Shown: one piece after another, positions 10,219 through 19,778 of the stretch | Position numbering within the stretch: the stretch's first letter is position 1 | How the letters are laid out: every line of letters starts with the position of its first letter | Virus record (IMG/VR): IMGVR_UViG_3300029305_003178 | Span: 1-64,000 of that record | DNA length: 64,000 nt | Source: a virus | Taxonomy: Duplodnaviria > Caudoviricetes | Direction: 5' to 3' (one strand) | Notes under the pieces: model-generated | The model's database searches: none | The model's input: only the letters and a program-made list of their open reading frames with translations | What the model was told of the DNA's origin: nothing | Program-made: the position numbers and the translations under genes

Positions 10219-10259
10219 AATGACTCTATCCTCCTTTATTTGAATATATTAAATGTAAA

Positions 10260-10289
10260 TGGTGTTGGTTATTTTAATAACCAACACCA
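10260..10289 (-). terminator. Hairpin terminator
   Basis: TGGTGTTGGTTATT-TT-AATAACCAACACCA after 10296..10958. Confidence 0.7.
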
Positions 10290-10295
10290 ATCATA

Positions 10296-10958
10296 TTATT
10301 GTTCATTAGATAAATCTGTATCAAATAACAGCTGACCGATGTTAAACTTAGCGGGAGCTTCACCTGCCACTAAGATATCTTCTTGTTCATCTACCTTATA
10401 TTTATAAGAATCAGCAAATGCTTCTTCAACAGAATCAATTGATGCACCTTCACCTTCAGGGTCAAAGTACAGCTTGATATCTGTTTCATCTTCAACTTCT
10501 TCATCTTCTGCAACAGGGAAGTCTTCACTAAACAGAACTGTGAACTTAGTAAAGTCAATATCTTTACCAAATTCTTCCAGAATAGCCTGACTAGCTGTGG
10601 GAATATTAGAAACCTCATATTTATCAACAGGGTAGAGCCAAACAATATTAGATTTATCATCGGGTTGTGTAAGACTGATCATACACAGTTTATCTAAAGA
10701 TATATTTGAAATTGTTTCGCTAATGGATTTTTCATCCCATTTGGTTTCATCAAATGGACCTGTAACACCATCTTCCAAACTCTTCAGAACTACAGTTGTA
10801 CCATCGTCTTTTCTATATAAAATAAGGTCACCCTCATTGTATACATTAGAAGAACTATATTCTTCTACTGGCTTATCGCCAAAAATGTAATTTTTTAATA
10901 ACTGGAGTAATGAAAAATCACCGACTCCCAAATCACGTACTAATCTGATCTGTGCCAT
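10296..10958 (-). CDS. Acidic virion protein with CBM5/12-like motif
   Basis: YSSSNVYNEGDLILY...FDETKW; acidic C-terminus; GGAGG SD. Confidence 0.6.
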   Translation of the reverse strand: MAQIRLVRDLGVGDFSLLQLLKNYIFGDKPVEEYSSSNVYNEGDLILYRKDDGTTVVLKSLEDGVTGPFDETKWDEKSISETISNISLDKLCMISLTQPDDKSNIVWLYPVDKYEVSNIPTASQAILEEFGKDIDFTKFTVLFSEDFPVAEDEEVEDETDIKLYFDPEGEGASIDSVEEAFADSYKYKVDEQEDILVAGEAPAKFNIGQLLFDTDLSNEQ

Positions 10959-10977
10959 AATGCTTTTTCACCTCCTA

Positions 10978-11634
10978 TTATGCAAGAATAATACAAATGT
11001 TGTACATGATTAATCTATATACATTAAGGTCAGGATTCAAATCTGCATTTGGAGTAACCTTAATGCTATTAAGAATAATCTCATTACAAATTGTACCGTC
11101 AGCAATGATACTATCTACATTGATCATCATTCTATTTAATTCATTTACTTTAACTTCTCTAATTACAGAATGTGAATTTAATCCACTATCTCTAATAGTT
11201 AAGTCGAACTGAATAGAAGGGAAATCAATAGCTTTAGATACTTTACCCTCAGCACAAGTTAAGCAGTCCAAATCAACATTGAATACCATTTTTTTACTTG
11301 TAGAAGGAATATTAATGTGTGTATCTAAAATATTATTATTAAATGGAACTAATGCAGGGAATGCATAAGTACCATCATTATCAACTGCATAAACCTTACC
11401 AAACAGACCCATTGTTTTAGCATGGAGTTCTGTATGTTCGATGTGTGACTGCAATCTTGTATTGTAGTCAAATGATACTAAATCTTTTAATGGTGTCTTA
11501 AATAATAATTCACCAGTTAGTTTATCGCCTAATAATTCTTCTTCATACGCCATCGTATGTTTTTCTTTTGATAACGTAGAGATACCGAAACGTTTTTCTT
11601 CGGAACCATTAGTATTTGGCATGGTTTTCACCAC
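10978..11634 (-). CDS. Putative virion protein
   Basis: 218-aa ORF; AACA-TATAAG-TA upstream at 11648-11659. Confidence 0.65.
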   Translation of the reverse strand: MVKTMPNTNGSEEKRFGISTLSKEKHTMAYEEELLGDKLTGELLFKTPLKDLVSFDYNTRLQSHIEHTELHAKTMGLFGKVYAVDNDGTYAFPALVPFNNNILDTHINIPSTSKKMVFNVDLDCLTCAEGKVSKAIDFPSIQFDLTIRDSGLNSHSVIREVKVNELNRMMINVDSIIADGTICNEIILNSIKVTPNADLNPDLNVYRLIMYNICIILA

Positions 11635-11664
11635 CTTCTTTTACAATTACTTATATGTTTAAAC

Positions 11665-14316
11665 TCACTCATCTGTCTCGTTAGCTGCCATAATCTCTTC
11701 TTCTGATCGAGGGGGCATAGCAAAATCATTACCATAATTATCAGGATTTATAAATACAGAGTCGGCTATTTTAAGTTCGCCGAAACCATCTGGATTCATA
11801 TATAAGTTATTAAATTCATCAAATACTTCAATGCTTGTTTCAAGCATTTTGTTTGTAATCTGTTTCTTATCTGGATTAATTAAACCAATAAAGTTTAAAT
11901 ATTTATCAAAGAAATGAAGAATATCTACTACTACATCATCTGTAATATCTGGTAATTCGTCTGGAATTTCAGGAAGATTTTCAATGATATCTTCAATAAA
12001 TTCAGGAATTTTATCAATCAATTCATCTTCAACATCATTTAATGTTAATCTTCTAACAGATGTGTCTAAGTTTCTCTGATAGATTGTCAGATTTAATCTA
12101 GTATTAACATTCTTAATAATCATTCTATCTGATGTTAATATTTCGATGTTAGACTCATTCAATTTGATACCATTTAAGAAAATATCGTACCAGCGTAAGT
12201 CAATTGGTTTATTTAATTTACCTGTTAAGTTAACATAACCAGATTCTGGGATTGTTTCCTGAGAATAAGCAAATATATGTTTATTCAGAGTATACATCAT
12301 AACGAATCTATCTGTTTCTGTTGATGTGGATAAACATCTTACTTTATGAGGGCCTCTAGCATCTTCATTGAAAATTACTTTCATAGCTTTAGGAGGCAAT
12401 AATCTACCATTCTTAAATAATAAGATATTTCTAGTATCATTATTAATAATCTGATTGATAGAGAACTCACCATTACCTGTGCTGGTCATAGTAAAGTTAA
12501 TCTTATTACCATATAAGTAAATTTCATTATTAGCTAAAGAACCATCCAATTTAAGATAGAAATCTGGATATTTAAAGAAGTCATCCTCTTCAACTAATTT
12601 ATATTCACCATCTACTTTAACATACATCTGATATAATGTATCGTCTACATAATACGGAATACCATTTTCTATTTTGCATAAGAATAAATCATATAATGAG
12701 AAATTCTCATTTTTGGGGAGTTCAATATAGATATAATCAGTAGAATAAGAAATTTTCTTATTATAGTATGTATCCAGTAATTTCTCTACTTCGATTACTG
12801 TATCTGGTGTAATCATATCCATAGGTACGTAAATATATCTATAACGATCATCTACATACTGAATATCTGGTTCATACATATAGTTGTCAATGTACATGAT
12901 CATCTGATCATATTTACCATCATGACGGAAGATTAATAAATATCTAGGGGAATCAAATTCAATCTGATTATCTTTGTCTTTAATTTCTTGGAAAGTATTA
13001 TTTCTAATTCTTTCAGGCCAGTTAATTTCGTCATAATAGATATAGTATCTGGGGATATAACCAACTAATTTAGATAAGTAGATATTATAGTGTCTACCAT
13101 ATCTAGTAATAGCCTCTCTTAATTTACCCATTCTATATACCACATGATCAGGATATTTATCAGTAGAGAAATAGTTATTGAAATCATATTTGAATTCAAT
13201 AGCTTTATAGTTTTTAATTAAATCTGGAATAGTCTCATCTTTGTATTTATCAAAGAAGTTTTCTACGAATCTATGATAAAGGTTTAATTCATTGTCATAT
13301 TTAGAACCGATGGCAACTGTGTCATCTGAGTAGAATACAAAGATTTCATAATTACTTTCATCTTTTCTTTCTAATTCATAGATAGAAGGATAATACATCT
13401 TAATTGTAGTCTCATGATCGAATACTAATGTATTACCAACCCATTTAAAAATGATCATACTTTCAACAGGCACTGGCATATCATGAATGCCTAAATTAAA
13501 ATATTTATCTTCTCTACCAAGGCTAATTCTATGTTTCTTATGAAGTAAGAATAATAATCTTGTATCAATATGTGTATTTTCAAATTCTGCTACATGTTCA
13601 GGATTAAAGAATACTCTAGTATCTTTATACTCAGTATCCATTAATCTGTATTTGTATCGTTCACTATCATTAAAAGCTGAGAATGTGAAACAATCTTCAG
13701 TTTTATCAATTTTATTAAAATCAGTAAACTGACCTAATGTAGGTAAACCAGAATTTGGTGTTGTGTTAGTATAATTTTTCAAAGTATGGATATTTAAGTT
13801 AGTTCTAATACTCTGATGACAGTTATACATGAACACAATTGTTACTTTAGGATTTTCTGATAATAGTTTTAAGAAGTTTTCTTGTGTGAAACCATCATAA
13901 GGTGTTTTACCAGAATAGATTTTGAATTCGATTGTTGTAACATCTTCATATGGTTTAACATAGAAGTTACTATATAATACACCATTAATGAATAATAAAG
14001 GTATATATGAAAATAGTGTAGGATTTTCAGCAATCGTATCAAAAGAAACAGACTTACCATAGAATTGAGATTTTCTATACTGGAGTCTATTTGTATCTGT
14101 AATGAATGTAAAATTAACGGAATAATCGTATAAGCTGAAAGATTTTTTATTAAAATCCTTCATATCAAGATCAAACCGAGTAATACCAGCTATAGACTTT
14201 TGAGCTGTATAGAGATTGTGGAAGTTCTTTTCTTTAATATCCCACAAAGTTTCATTCATGAGTTTTAAGTTAAGAGGATTCTCTCCCATGATCTCGAAGA
14301 TGTAATCTCTATTCAT
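11665..14316 (-). CDS. Large virion/baseplate-type structural protein
   Basis: 883 aa; repeated LF(I/K/L)NG strands of baseplate type; AACA-TTACTA-TA upstream at 14345-14356. Confidence 0.65.
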   Translation of the reverse strand: MNRDYIFEIMGENPLNLKLMNETLWDIKEKNFHNLYTAQKSIAGITRFDLDMKDFNKKSFSLYDYSVNFTFITDTNRLQYRKSQFYGKSVSFDTIAENPTLFSYIPLLFINGVLYSNFYVKPYEDVTTIEFKIYSGKTPYDGFTQENFLKLLSENPKVTIVFMYNCHQSIRTNLNIHTLKNYTNTTPNSGLPTLGQFTDFNKIDKTEDCFTFSAFNDSERYKYRLMDTEYKDTRVFFNPEHVAEFENTHIDTRLLFLLHKKHRISLGREDKYFNLGIHDMPVPVESMIIFKWVGNTLVFDHETTIKMYYPSIYELERKDESNYEIFVFYSDDTVAIGSKYDNELNLYHRFVENFFDKYKDETIPDLIKNYKAIEFKYDFNNYFSTDKYPDHVVYRMGKLREAITRYGRHYNIYLSKLVGYIPRYYIYYDEINWPERIRNNTFQEIKDKDNQIEFDSPRYLLIFRHDGKYDQMIMYIDNYMYEPDIQYVDDRYRYIYVPMDMITPDTVIEVEKLLDTYYNKKISYSTDYIYIELPKNENFSLYDLFLCKIENGIPYYVDDTLYQMYVKVDGEYKLVEEDDFFKYPDFYLKLDGSLANNEIYLYGNKINFTMTSTGNGEFSINQIINNDTRNILLFKNGRLLPPKAMKVIFNEDARGPHKVRCLSTSTETDRFVMMYTLNKHIFAYSQETIPESGYVNLTGKLNKPIDLRWYDIFLNGIKLNESNIEILTSDRMIIKNVNTRLNLTIYQRNLDTSVRRLTLNDVEDELIDKIPEFIEDIIENLPEIPDELPDITDDVVVDILHFFDKYLNFIGLINPDKKQITNKMLETSIEVFDEFNNLYMNPDGFGELKIADSVFINPDNYGNDFAMPPRSEEEIMAANETDE

Positions 14317-14370
14317 GTAATACTCACGTCCTTTCTATAATAATTATAGTAATGTTAAAAATTGATAAAA

Positions 14371-14405
14371 TTAGAGATACTAGTATTTATTACTAGTATC
14401 TCTAA
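14371..14405 (-). terminator. Hairpin terminator
   Basis: TTAGAGATACTAGTA-TTTAT-TACTAGTATCTCTAA after the amidase gene. Confidence 0.8.
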
Positions 14406-14408
14406 ATA

Positions 14409-15170
14409 TTATTTTTTGTTAAGACCTAATTTACTGATAAGTCTATATAACATAGCCCATACTTGTTCTCTTGTTACAGGATCTTTAGGGTTTGAACCGT
14501 CTGTAATACCAAGTTTCATTAAAGCCAGTCTAGCCTCTTCAAAATCGGAAATTGCTTTAACTTCTTCTTTTTCTACTACTTCTTCTTTAGGTGTTGTAAC
14601 AATAGGTTTAGTAACTTCAACAGGTTTTACACCTAAGTATGCATTTAAACCTCTAACGATAGCACTAGCCACATCGTTCTGGAAAGCAGTAGACTGCAGA
14701 TTAATAACTTCTTTAGGATTATTAATGAAAGCAGTTTCTACTAAAATAGCAGGCATAGATGTGCTGTTTAATACTGTTAATTTATTATTGAATTTAATAC
14801 CACGGTCTCTTAATTTAGTTGCTGCAACTAATTCTGTCTGTACAGCTTTAGCTAAGTTAGTACTTGAAGTAGAACCTAAATAAGCCAATGTTTCTACACC
14901 ATTAGCAGAGCTCATAGCTGCACTATTACAATGAATGGAGATGAAATAATCTGCACCATATTTATTAGCTTCTTGAGCTTTTGTATAAGGGTCTTCATAA
15001 ACATCTGTAGTTCTAGTCATATATACATCATATAAGCCAGTCTCAATTAATTTAGCTTCCAGCTTCTTGGCAATCTGTAAGTTAATATTTTTTTCATATA
15101 CGTTACCATTAGTGGCACCAGGATCTTTGCCACCATGACCTGCATCTACACAAATTTTATATTTAGCCAT
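14409..15170 (-). CDS. N-acetylmuramoyl-L-alanine amidase (Amidase_3) endolysin with SLH-like C-terminus
   Basis: DAGHGGKDPGA, EK, ISIHCNS, ILVETAFINN; C-terminal GITDGSNPKDPVTREQVWAMLYR. Confidence 0.93.
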   Translation of the reverse strand: MAKYKICVDAGHGGKDPGATNGNVYEKNINLQIAKKLEAKLIETGLYDVYMTRTTDVYEDPYTKAQEANKYGADYFISIHCNSAAMSSANGVETLAYLGSTSSTNLAKAVQTELVAATKLRDRGIKFNNKLTVLNSTSMPAILVETAFINNPKEVINLQSTAFQNDVASAIVRGLNAYLGVKPVEVTKPIVTTPKEEVVEKEEVKAISDFEEARLALMKLGITDGSNPKDPVTREQVWAMLYRLISKLGLNKK

Positions 15171-15214
15171 GTAAATACACCAACCTTTCGAAATTTAACA
15201 ATATTACTTGCTAT

Positions 15215-15264
15215 TACAGTTTTGTTTAGCCATCGAAAAACGATATATTTCAAATATATATTAT
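15215..15264. promoter_or_regulatory. Back-to-back late (-) and early (+) promoters
   Basis: AACA-AAACTG-TA on - (15215-15226); AATATATATTAT on + (15253-15264). Confidence 0.65.
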
Positions 15265-15313
15265 TTTAATAGATAAATTTATCAATAAATAATATTTAAG
15301 GGGGAATTTATAA

Positions 15314-15511
15314 ATGAAACGATTAGGTAGATTTACTGGAAAGGTTTACAATGAACAAGAAGCACTTCGAATCGAAGAGTGTTGTGATGTTATTAGTGAT
15401 GCGCAGGCTAATAACAAAGCATGGCTCGAATCCAAACACAAAAAAGATTTTGAAAAATGTAGAGAGTGTATGAGTTGCAAAGAAGCTAAGAAAATTAATG
15501 GGGGAAATTAA
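15314..15511 (+). CDS. Small Cys-containing hypothetical protein
   Basis: 65 aa, strong SD, CxxCxxC. Confidence 0.75.
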   Translation: MKRLGRFTGKVYNEQEALRIEECCDVISDAQANNKAWLESKHKKDFEKCRECMSCKEAKKINGGN

Positions 15512-15513
15512 TT

Positions 15514-16308
15514 ATGGTTGTTATTAATATGATGAATTTGAACAGATTTAATTCTGATTATAAAGGATTGAATAATGTTTTAATTAATGAGAAAGCATTG
15601 GATAGTATTTGGGAAAAAATTGTATCTAAGTATACTCAAGTAATTAATGAGTATTTTCCATCTCATAGTAAATTCTTATTAGATAAACCGTATAGATATA
15701 AAACGACTGATTGTGATGTACATCATTATGATATAAGATATAATATCATTATTGAGTGTACAAACCGTGTGACAGTATTTAAAGAATCGAATGAAACACG
15801 TGATTTATTAGAGCTCTTTATGAAAAAAATCTTAGCAAAAAGAATCGGTACTGTATTTGGGTATGAGTTTAAAATTAATGGTGATGTGGAACACATGTGG
15901 AATTATCAGCCTAGATTTCGTGTTAAAGGATATAGTAAAAAGTCATTTAATGAATTATTAGAGACTTTCGAAAAAGATAGTACGGATGAAGCGAAGCATT
16001 TTTATGAATGTGTTACAAATGATATCTATCATGAGTATAAATTTAGAACGTCAAAATATGTCAATGATTATGTGGATTTTAGAAGTATGATTGCTGATGC
16101 ATTATTTACAATCACTAGTAATGACGATATTTATACACGTTTCATTATTACAAGCCACGTTAATGGTGAATTTAAAAATACTAAATATGGTGTTGCGAGC
16201 CCATACACATTTATCGCATTCATGGCTAACATTTTTAAAGAATTTAACCTTAATTCTTTAGATAGCTTATGTGTACAAACGTCTTTGCAATTCTATAGAA
16301 ATCATTAA
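15514..16308 (+). CDS. Hypothetical protein
   Basis: 264-aa ORF in early operon. Confidence 0.8.
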   Translation: MVVINMMNLNRFNSDYKGLNNVLINEKALDSIWEKIVSKYTQVINEYFPSHSKFLLDKPYRYKTTDCDVHHYDIRYNIIIECTNRVTVFKESNETRDLLELFMKKILAKRIGTVFGYEFKINGDVEHMWNYQPRFRVKGYSKKSFNELLETFEKDSTDEAKHFYECVTNDIYHEYKFRTSKYVNDYVDFRSMIADALFTITSNDDIYTRFIITSHVNGEFKNTKYGVASPYTFIAFMANIFKEFNLNSLDSLCVQTSLQFYRNH

Positions 16309-16376
16309 GTACAAAATTAAGAATGCTTAAACTCATTCTTAAGTATAAATTATACATAATTTAAGGAGGTAACATT

Positions 16377-16856
16377 ATGAAAGGTATTACAGTAACAGAA
16401 AAGAATATTAATATGATTTATGGAAGAATTGTAAAATTCTTTTCTCCGAATGGGAAGTGCAAAACAACCAGTAATATGTATGACTTCTGGTGTGATTTTA
16501 CTTGCGGAAAAAATAATCGTGTAAAACCACATTTTAGAACTCAGGTCATTTTGGAAAAAGTGACAGGACATTGTACAATTAACGGTGAAATGAAACTCAT
16601 TGAAATTATGGGTTATGATCCATATGATCGTGATAGAGGCACATTTATCTCTATGGGTGATAAAGTCGCATTCTGTGGTAATAGAATTATTATTTGTAAT
16701 AGAAATCTTAATGATGCAGATGCTCCAGAAATCAAAAATGCATATGTTGTGTTTCAGGTAGAGAGTATGTATACACAGAAAGACGTAGATAATTTCTTTA
16801 ATAATATGACTGTCATTACTAAAAAGCCTGATGGTGGTATTAATATTTATTCTTAA
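16377..16856 (+). CDS. Hypothetical protein, MKGITVTEKN family
   Basis: Paralog of next gene (GDKVAFCGNR); GGAGG SD. Confidence 0.85.
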   Translation: MKGITVTEKNINMIYGRIVKFFSPNGKCKTTSNMYDFWCDFTCGKNNRVKPHFRTQVILEKVTGHCTINGEMKLIEIMGYDPYDRDRGTFISMGDKVAFCGNRIIICNRNLNDADAPEIKNAYVVFQVESMYTQKDVDNFFNNMTVITKKPDGGINIYS

Positions 16857-16874
16857 TATAGGAGGTAATTTATT

Positions 16875-17402
16875 ATGAAAGGTATTACAGTAACAGAAAA
16901 GAATTTTAAGTATATTTACGGAAGAGTTTTTAAATTCTTCTTGCCCAATAACAAAAACAAAACAACAGCAATGGCATTTGATATTTGGGCAGATACAAAA
17001 ATCAGACGTAATAATCATGTTAGAGTAAGTGGTAATATCACTCATGCATTTGTTAATAAAATCATCGGATATCATGATGAAGATGGTATTCCTATGGCAA
17101 TCGGTATTCATATCACAGACATCATGATGGGTCAGCGTGATATTTATATTGCTACAGGTAATAAAGTAGCATTCTGTGGTAATAGACTTGTTCTGAAACT
17201 GCTGTTTAAAGATGATATGGATAACGTACAGACAGGCTATATGGTTATCCAGGTAAGTAATGCTATCACAGAAGCAGAATTGCAGGCACTTAGAGCATCT
17301 GTTCCTGTGATGGATACAACAACAGATTTTAGTTTCGTAGACGAAAACGATTCTGTTGATGAAGCTGATGATAATTGTAATTGTGGACAGTATCATGAAT
17401 AA
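16875..17402 (+). CDS. Hypothetical protein, MKGITVTEKN family
   Basis: First 10 codons identical to 16377; GNKVAFCGNR. Confidence 0.85.
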   Translation: MKGITVTEKNFKYIYGRVFKFFLPNNKNKTTAMAFDIWADTKIRRNNHVRVSGNITHAFVNKIIGYHDEDGIPMAIGIHITDIMMGQRDIYIATGNKVAFCGNRLVLKLLFKDDMDNVQTGYMVIQVSNAITEAELQALRASVPVMDTTTDFSFVDENDSVDEADDNCNCGQYHE

Positions 17403-17408
17403 AATTAA

Positions 17409-17436
17409 TGGTGTAGAGTTTAATTACTCTACACCA
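17409..17436 (+). terminator. Hairpin terminator
   Basis: TGGTGTAGAGT-TTAATT-ACTCTACACCA. Confidence 0.65.
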
Positions 17437-17467
17437 GTCTATTAAAATTTTTTTAGGAGGTATTATT

Positions 17468-17947
17468 ATGATAACAAAACATAATGTTATCGCTATGTAT
17501 AATATTTGTGTAACATGTGATAAATGCCAAACAATCATGAATAGCGGTGTGTATGATAAGTATACAAATACATACCTTTCAACATGTCCAAATTGTGGTT
17601 ATGTAGAAAATACTGGTAGTGTATGTTATCCATATACTCAATACGAATACGAAACAAAAGGTACACCTATTATGGATAGCTATAACAATTTAGATGAGTT
17701 ATACCTTAATAAATGGGTTGCATTTACACGTGGTCCTGTTGATACTACTATTTATCATGCTAGAATTATATCAATTGATAATAATAAAGATGGTTTAACA
17801 TTTGAAGTTAAGCCTAATGGACATGGATGGGGAACTAAACTTATCACATATAACGATATTATTGGAATTTATAATAGTAAAAAAGAATGTTATGAATATG
17901 ATCCAGTGCATAAGTTTAGATCCGAGTTAAAAAATAAAGGTAGGTAA
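17468..17947 (+). CDS. Zinc-ribbon-containing hypothetical protein
   Basis: CDKC...CPNCG; AGGAGG SD. Confidence 0.75.
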   Translation: MITKHNVIAMYNICVTCDKCQTIMNSGVYDKYTNTYLSTCPNCGYVENTGSVCYPYTQYEYETKGTPIMDSYNNLDELYLNKWVAFTRGPVDTTIYHARIISIDNNKDGLTFEVKPNGHGWGTKLITYNDIIGIYNSKKECYEYDPVHKFRSELKNKGR

Positions 17948-17953
17948 TTATTT

Positions 17954-18325
17954 ATGAGAGTATATGAAAAAACTGCAATCGTGGGTTCTGATGAAAATAC
18001 AAAAGAATTATTAAAATCTGCGTTTATAATTAAAAATATAATAAAGCATAATCTTAGTGAAGATGAGTATTGTGAAACAGTTGTTAATTTATATAAAGCT
18101 TTACGTAAAGCTTTAGATTTACCAGACAATCATATTTGTGTCGCTAAAGGGAATTTTAAAAATGAGCCAGATACTGTAGTATATATTATTAAGCTTTTTG
18201 AATCTATTGCTGATGGATATATGTATGAAGTTCATATTGACGAAGATGGTAAATGGTATATTGAAATTCCTGATGATGTTGTTGGAGATGGTACTTCGTG
18301 GGATTTAAATGCAAAAGAAGAATAA
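17954..18325 (+). CDS. Hypothetical protein
   Basis: 123-aa ORF, tightly packed. Confidence 0.75.
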   Translation: MRVYEKTAIVGSDENTKELLKSAFIIKNIIKHNLSEDEYCETVVNLYKALRKALDLPDNHICVAKGNFKNEPDTVVYIIKLFESIADGYMYEVHIDEDGKWYIEIPDDVVGDGTSWDLNAKEE

Positions 18326-18426
18326 GTAAATCGAAACGAAAATCTAAAAGCTGTAAAGGATGTAGATATTTACAAAAAGTCCATGATCCTTATAGTAAAC
18401 AGATTAGATGGAGATGTACTTGTTAG
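18298..18426 (+). CDS. Small basic Cys-rich protein (not in ORF track)
   Basis: GTG start after GGAG; VGFKCKRRISKSKRKSKSCKGCRYLQKVHDPYSKQIRWRCTC fills the gap between genes. Confidence 0.45.
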   Translation: MGFKCKRRISKSKRKSKSCKGCRYLQKVHDPYSKQIRWRCTC

Positions 18427-18437
18427 GAGTGGTATAA

Positions 18438-18632
18438 TTGCTAGAAAATATATTAGTATACTTATGTATTTTAAATATACTATCTCTTATTATTGGAATA
18501 TTTTGGTTATTAGCTGAATTAATGGGATGGAAAGAATATACAGTTAGAGAAGGATTAATTTTCGCTTTAATATATTTAGTAACTTCTCCAGCTATACCAA
18601 TTTTAACAGTAGTATATTTATTTGGGAGGTAG
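18438..18632 (+). CDS. Small membrane protein
   Basis: Two hydrophobic segments; AGGAG SD. Confidence 0.7.
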   Translation: MLENILVYLCILNILSLIIGIFWLLAELMGWKEYTVREGLIFALIYLVTSPAIPILTVVYLFGR

Positions 18633-18638
18633 TATACT

Positions 18639-18926
18639 ATGAATATTGAGTTAATTAAAAATATGAGTAGTCCATGTACTCATTGCTCTAAGTCACTATT
18701 TAATGGTAATATCGGGCACGAAGAATTTTGTGAATCGTGCGAGTTTACTATTTTAACTGATGCATTAACACACATTTTAAAAGTTCATGATCATTGTAAT
18801 ATGTGCATTAATTGTGTGAATATAAAAGGCGGTTTTACTGATTGTAAACTGGGCTTTGATAGTGTGTTAGAATGTGGATACATGTTTGAAATAAATTGGG
18901 AAAAATTAATAAAGGAATATTTCTAA
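18639..18926 (+). CDS. Cys-rich hypothetical protein
   Basis: CxxC pairs; GGGAGG SD. Confidence 0.75.
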   Translation: MNIELIKNMSSPCTHCSKSLFNGNIGHEEFCESCEFTILTDALTHILKVHDHCNMCINCVNIKGGFTDCKLGFDSVLECGYMFEINWEKLIKEYF

Positions 18927-18946
18927 GATAGGATTGGGGCGGTATT

Positions 18947-19435
18947 ATGTGTGATTTTTCTAAAGAACGACAGTTTACTATAGATGAAATTAACTGTATT
19001 CTTGAACGAACTGTCGAAATCGAAAATACTAAATTTGATAAGTTAGATTATTTAGTCACATTTATATGTGAATCAATCAAATGTGAGAATTGTCCAGTAA
19101 CAATTCATGGTGTAGACAATAGAAGCGTCGAAGATAAATGTTTATACTTCGAAACTTGTCAGTCTCAATTATGGAATTGGATGAAATCTGAATTTGAAAA
19201 TAAACCATATGTTGGTAGAGAAGCAGAAAAGAAAATGGTTTGTAGATCTAGTGATTGTTTAGGCGAAAGTACTACTGAGTTAGGTGAAATATCTTTGGAT
19301 ATTGAAGATGACAATATGTTTATTCCAGATACACAAGCATCTAAAGATATGATTAGTAATACAAAGTTGTATGAATCTAAACAAGTTGTAACTCCAATGA
19401 GTGATGTTGATATTAAAATTAATATAGGAGAATGA
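18947..19435 (+). CDS. Hypothetical protein
   Basis: 162-aa ORF, CxxCP motif. Confidence 0.75.
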   Translation: MCDFSKERQFTIDEINCILERTVEIENTKFDKLDYLVTFICESIKCENCPVTIHGVDNRSVEDKCLYFETCQSQLWNWMKSEFENKPYVGREAEKKMVCRSSDCLGESTTELGEISLDIEDDNMFIPDTQASKDMISNTKLYESKQVVTPMSDVDIKINIGE

Positions 19436-19438
19436 TAT

Positions 19439-19777
19439 ATGGATATAATGAAATTAACACTAAAACCAACATTAAGAACTTTAATGGAGGAGTTCTATTG
19501 CGATCTTACACGAGATTTAGATATCCTTGCAGGATTTAAAAAAGATAGTATATTTAAACATTACGTTTTGATTGATGATTCTTATATTAAAGAAAAAGTA
19601 TTCCCTATCAGAATTCCTGGTGGGACTGTTGGTGCGATGCACTTTGATGAAAATAATGTAATTACAAATATTCTCATTGATACTACATATGTCGTAAGAA
19701 CATATCCTGACAATGTTAATGAGTATATTTGCAATAAATATATTGGTAGAAAGTTTATTATTGAGGAGGGTAAGTAA
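19439..19777 (+). CDS. Hypothetical protein
   Basis: 112-aa ORF, IRIPGGTVG motif. Confidence 0.75.
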   Translation: MDIMKLTLKPTLRTLMEEFYCDLTRDLDILAGFKKDSIFKHYVLIDDSYIKEKVFPIRIPGGTVGAMHFDENNVITNILIDTTYVVRTYPDNVNEYICNKYIGRKFIIEEGK

Positions 19778-19778
19778 T

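Noticed and set aside
16350-17396. 348-aa minus-strand ORF
   Set aside because: Antisense to two SD-equipped paralogous genes
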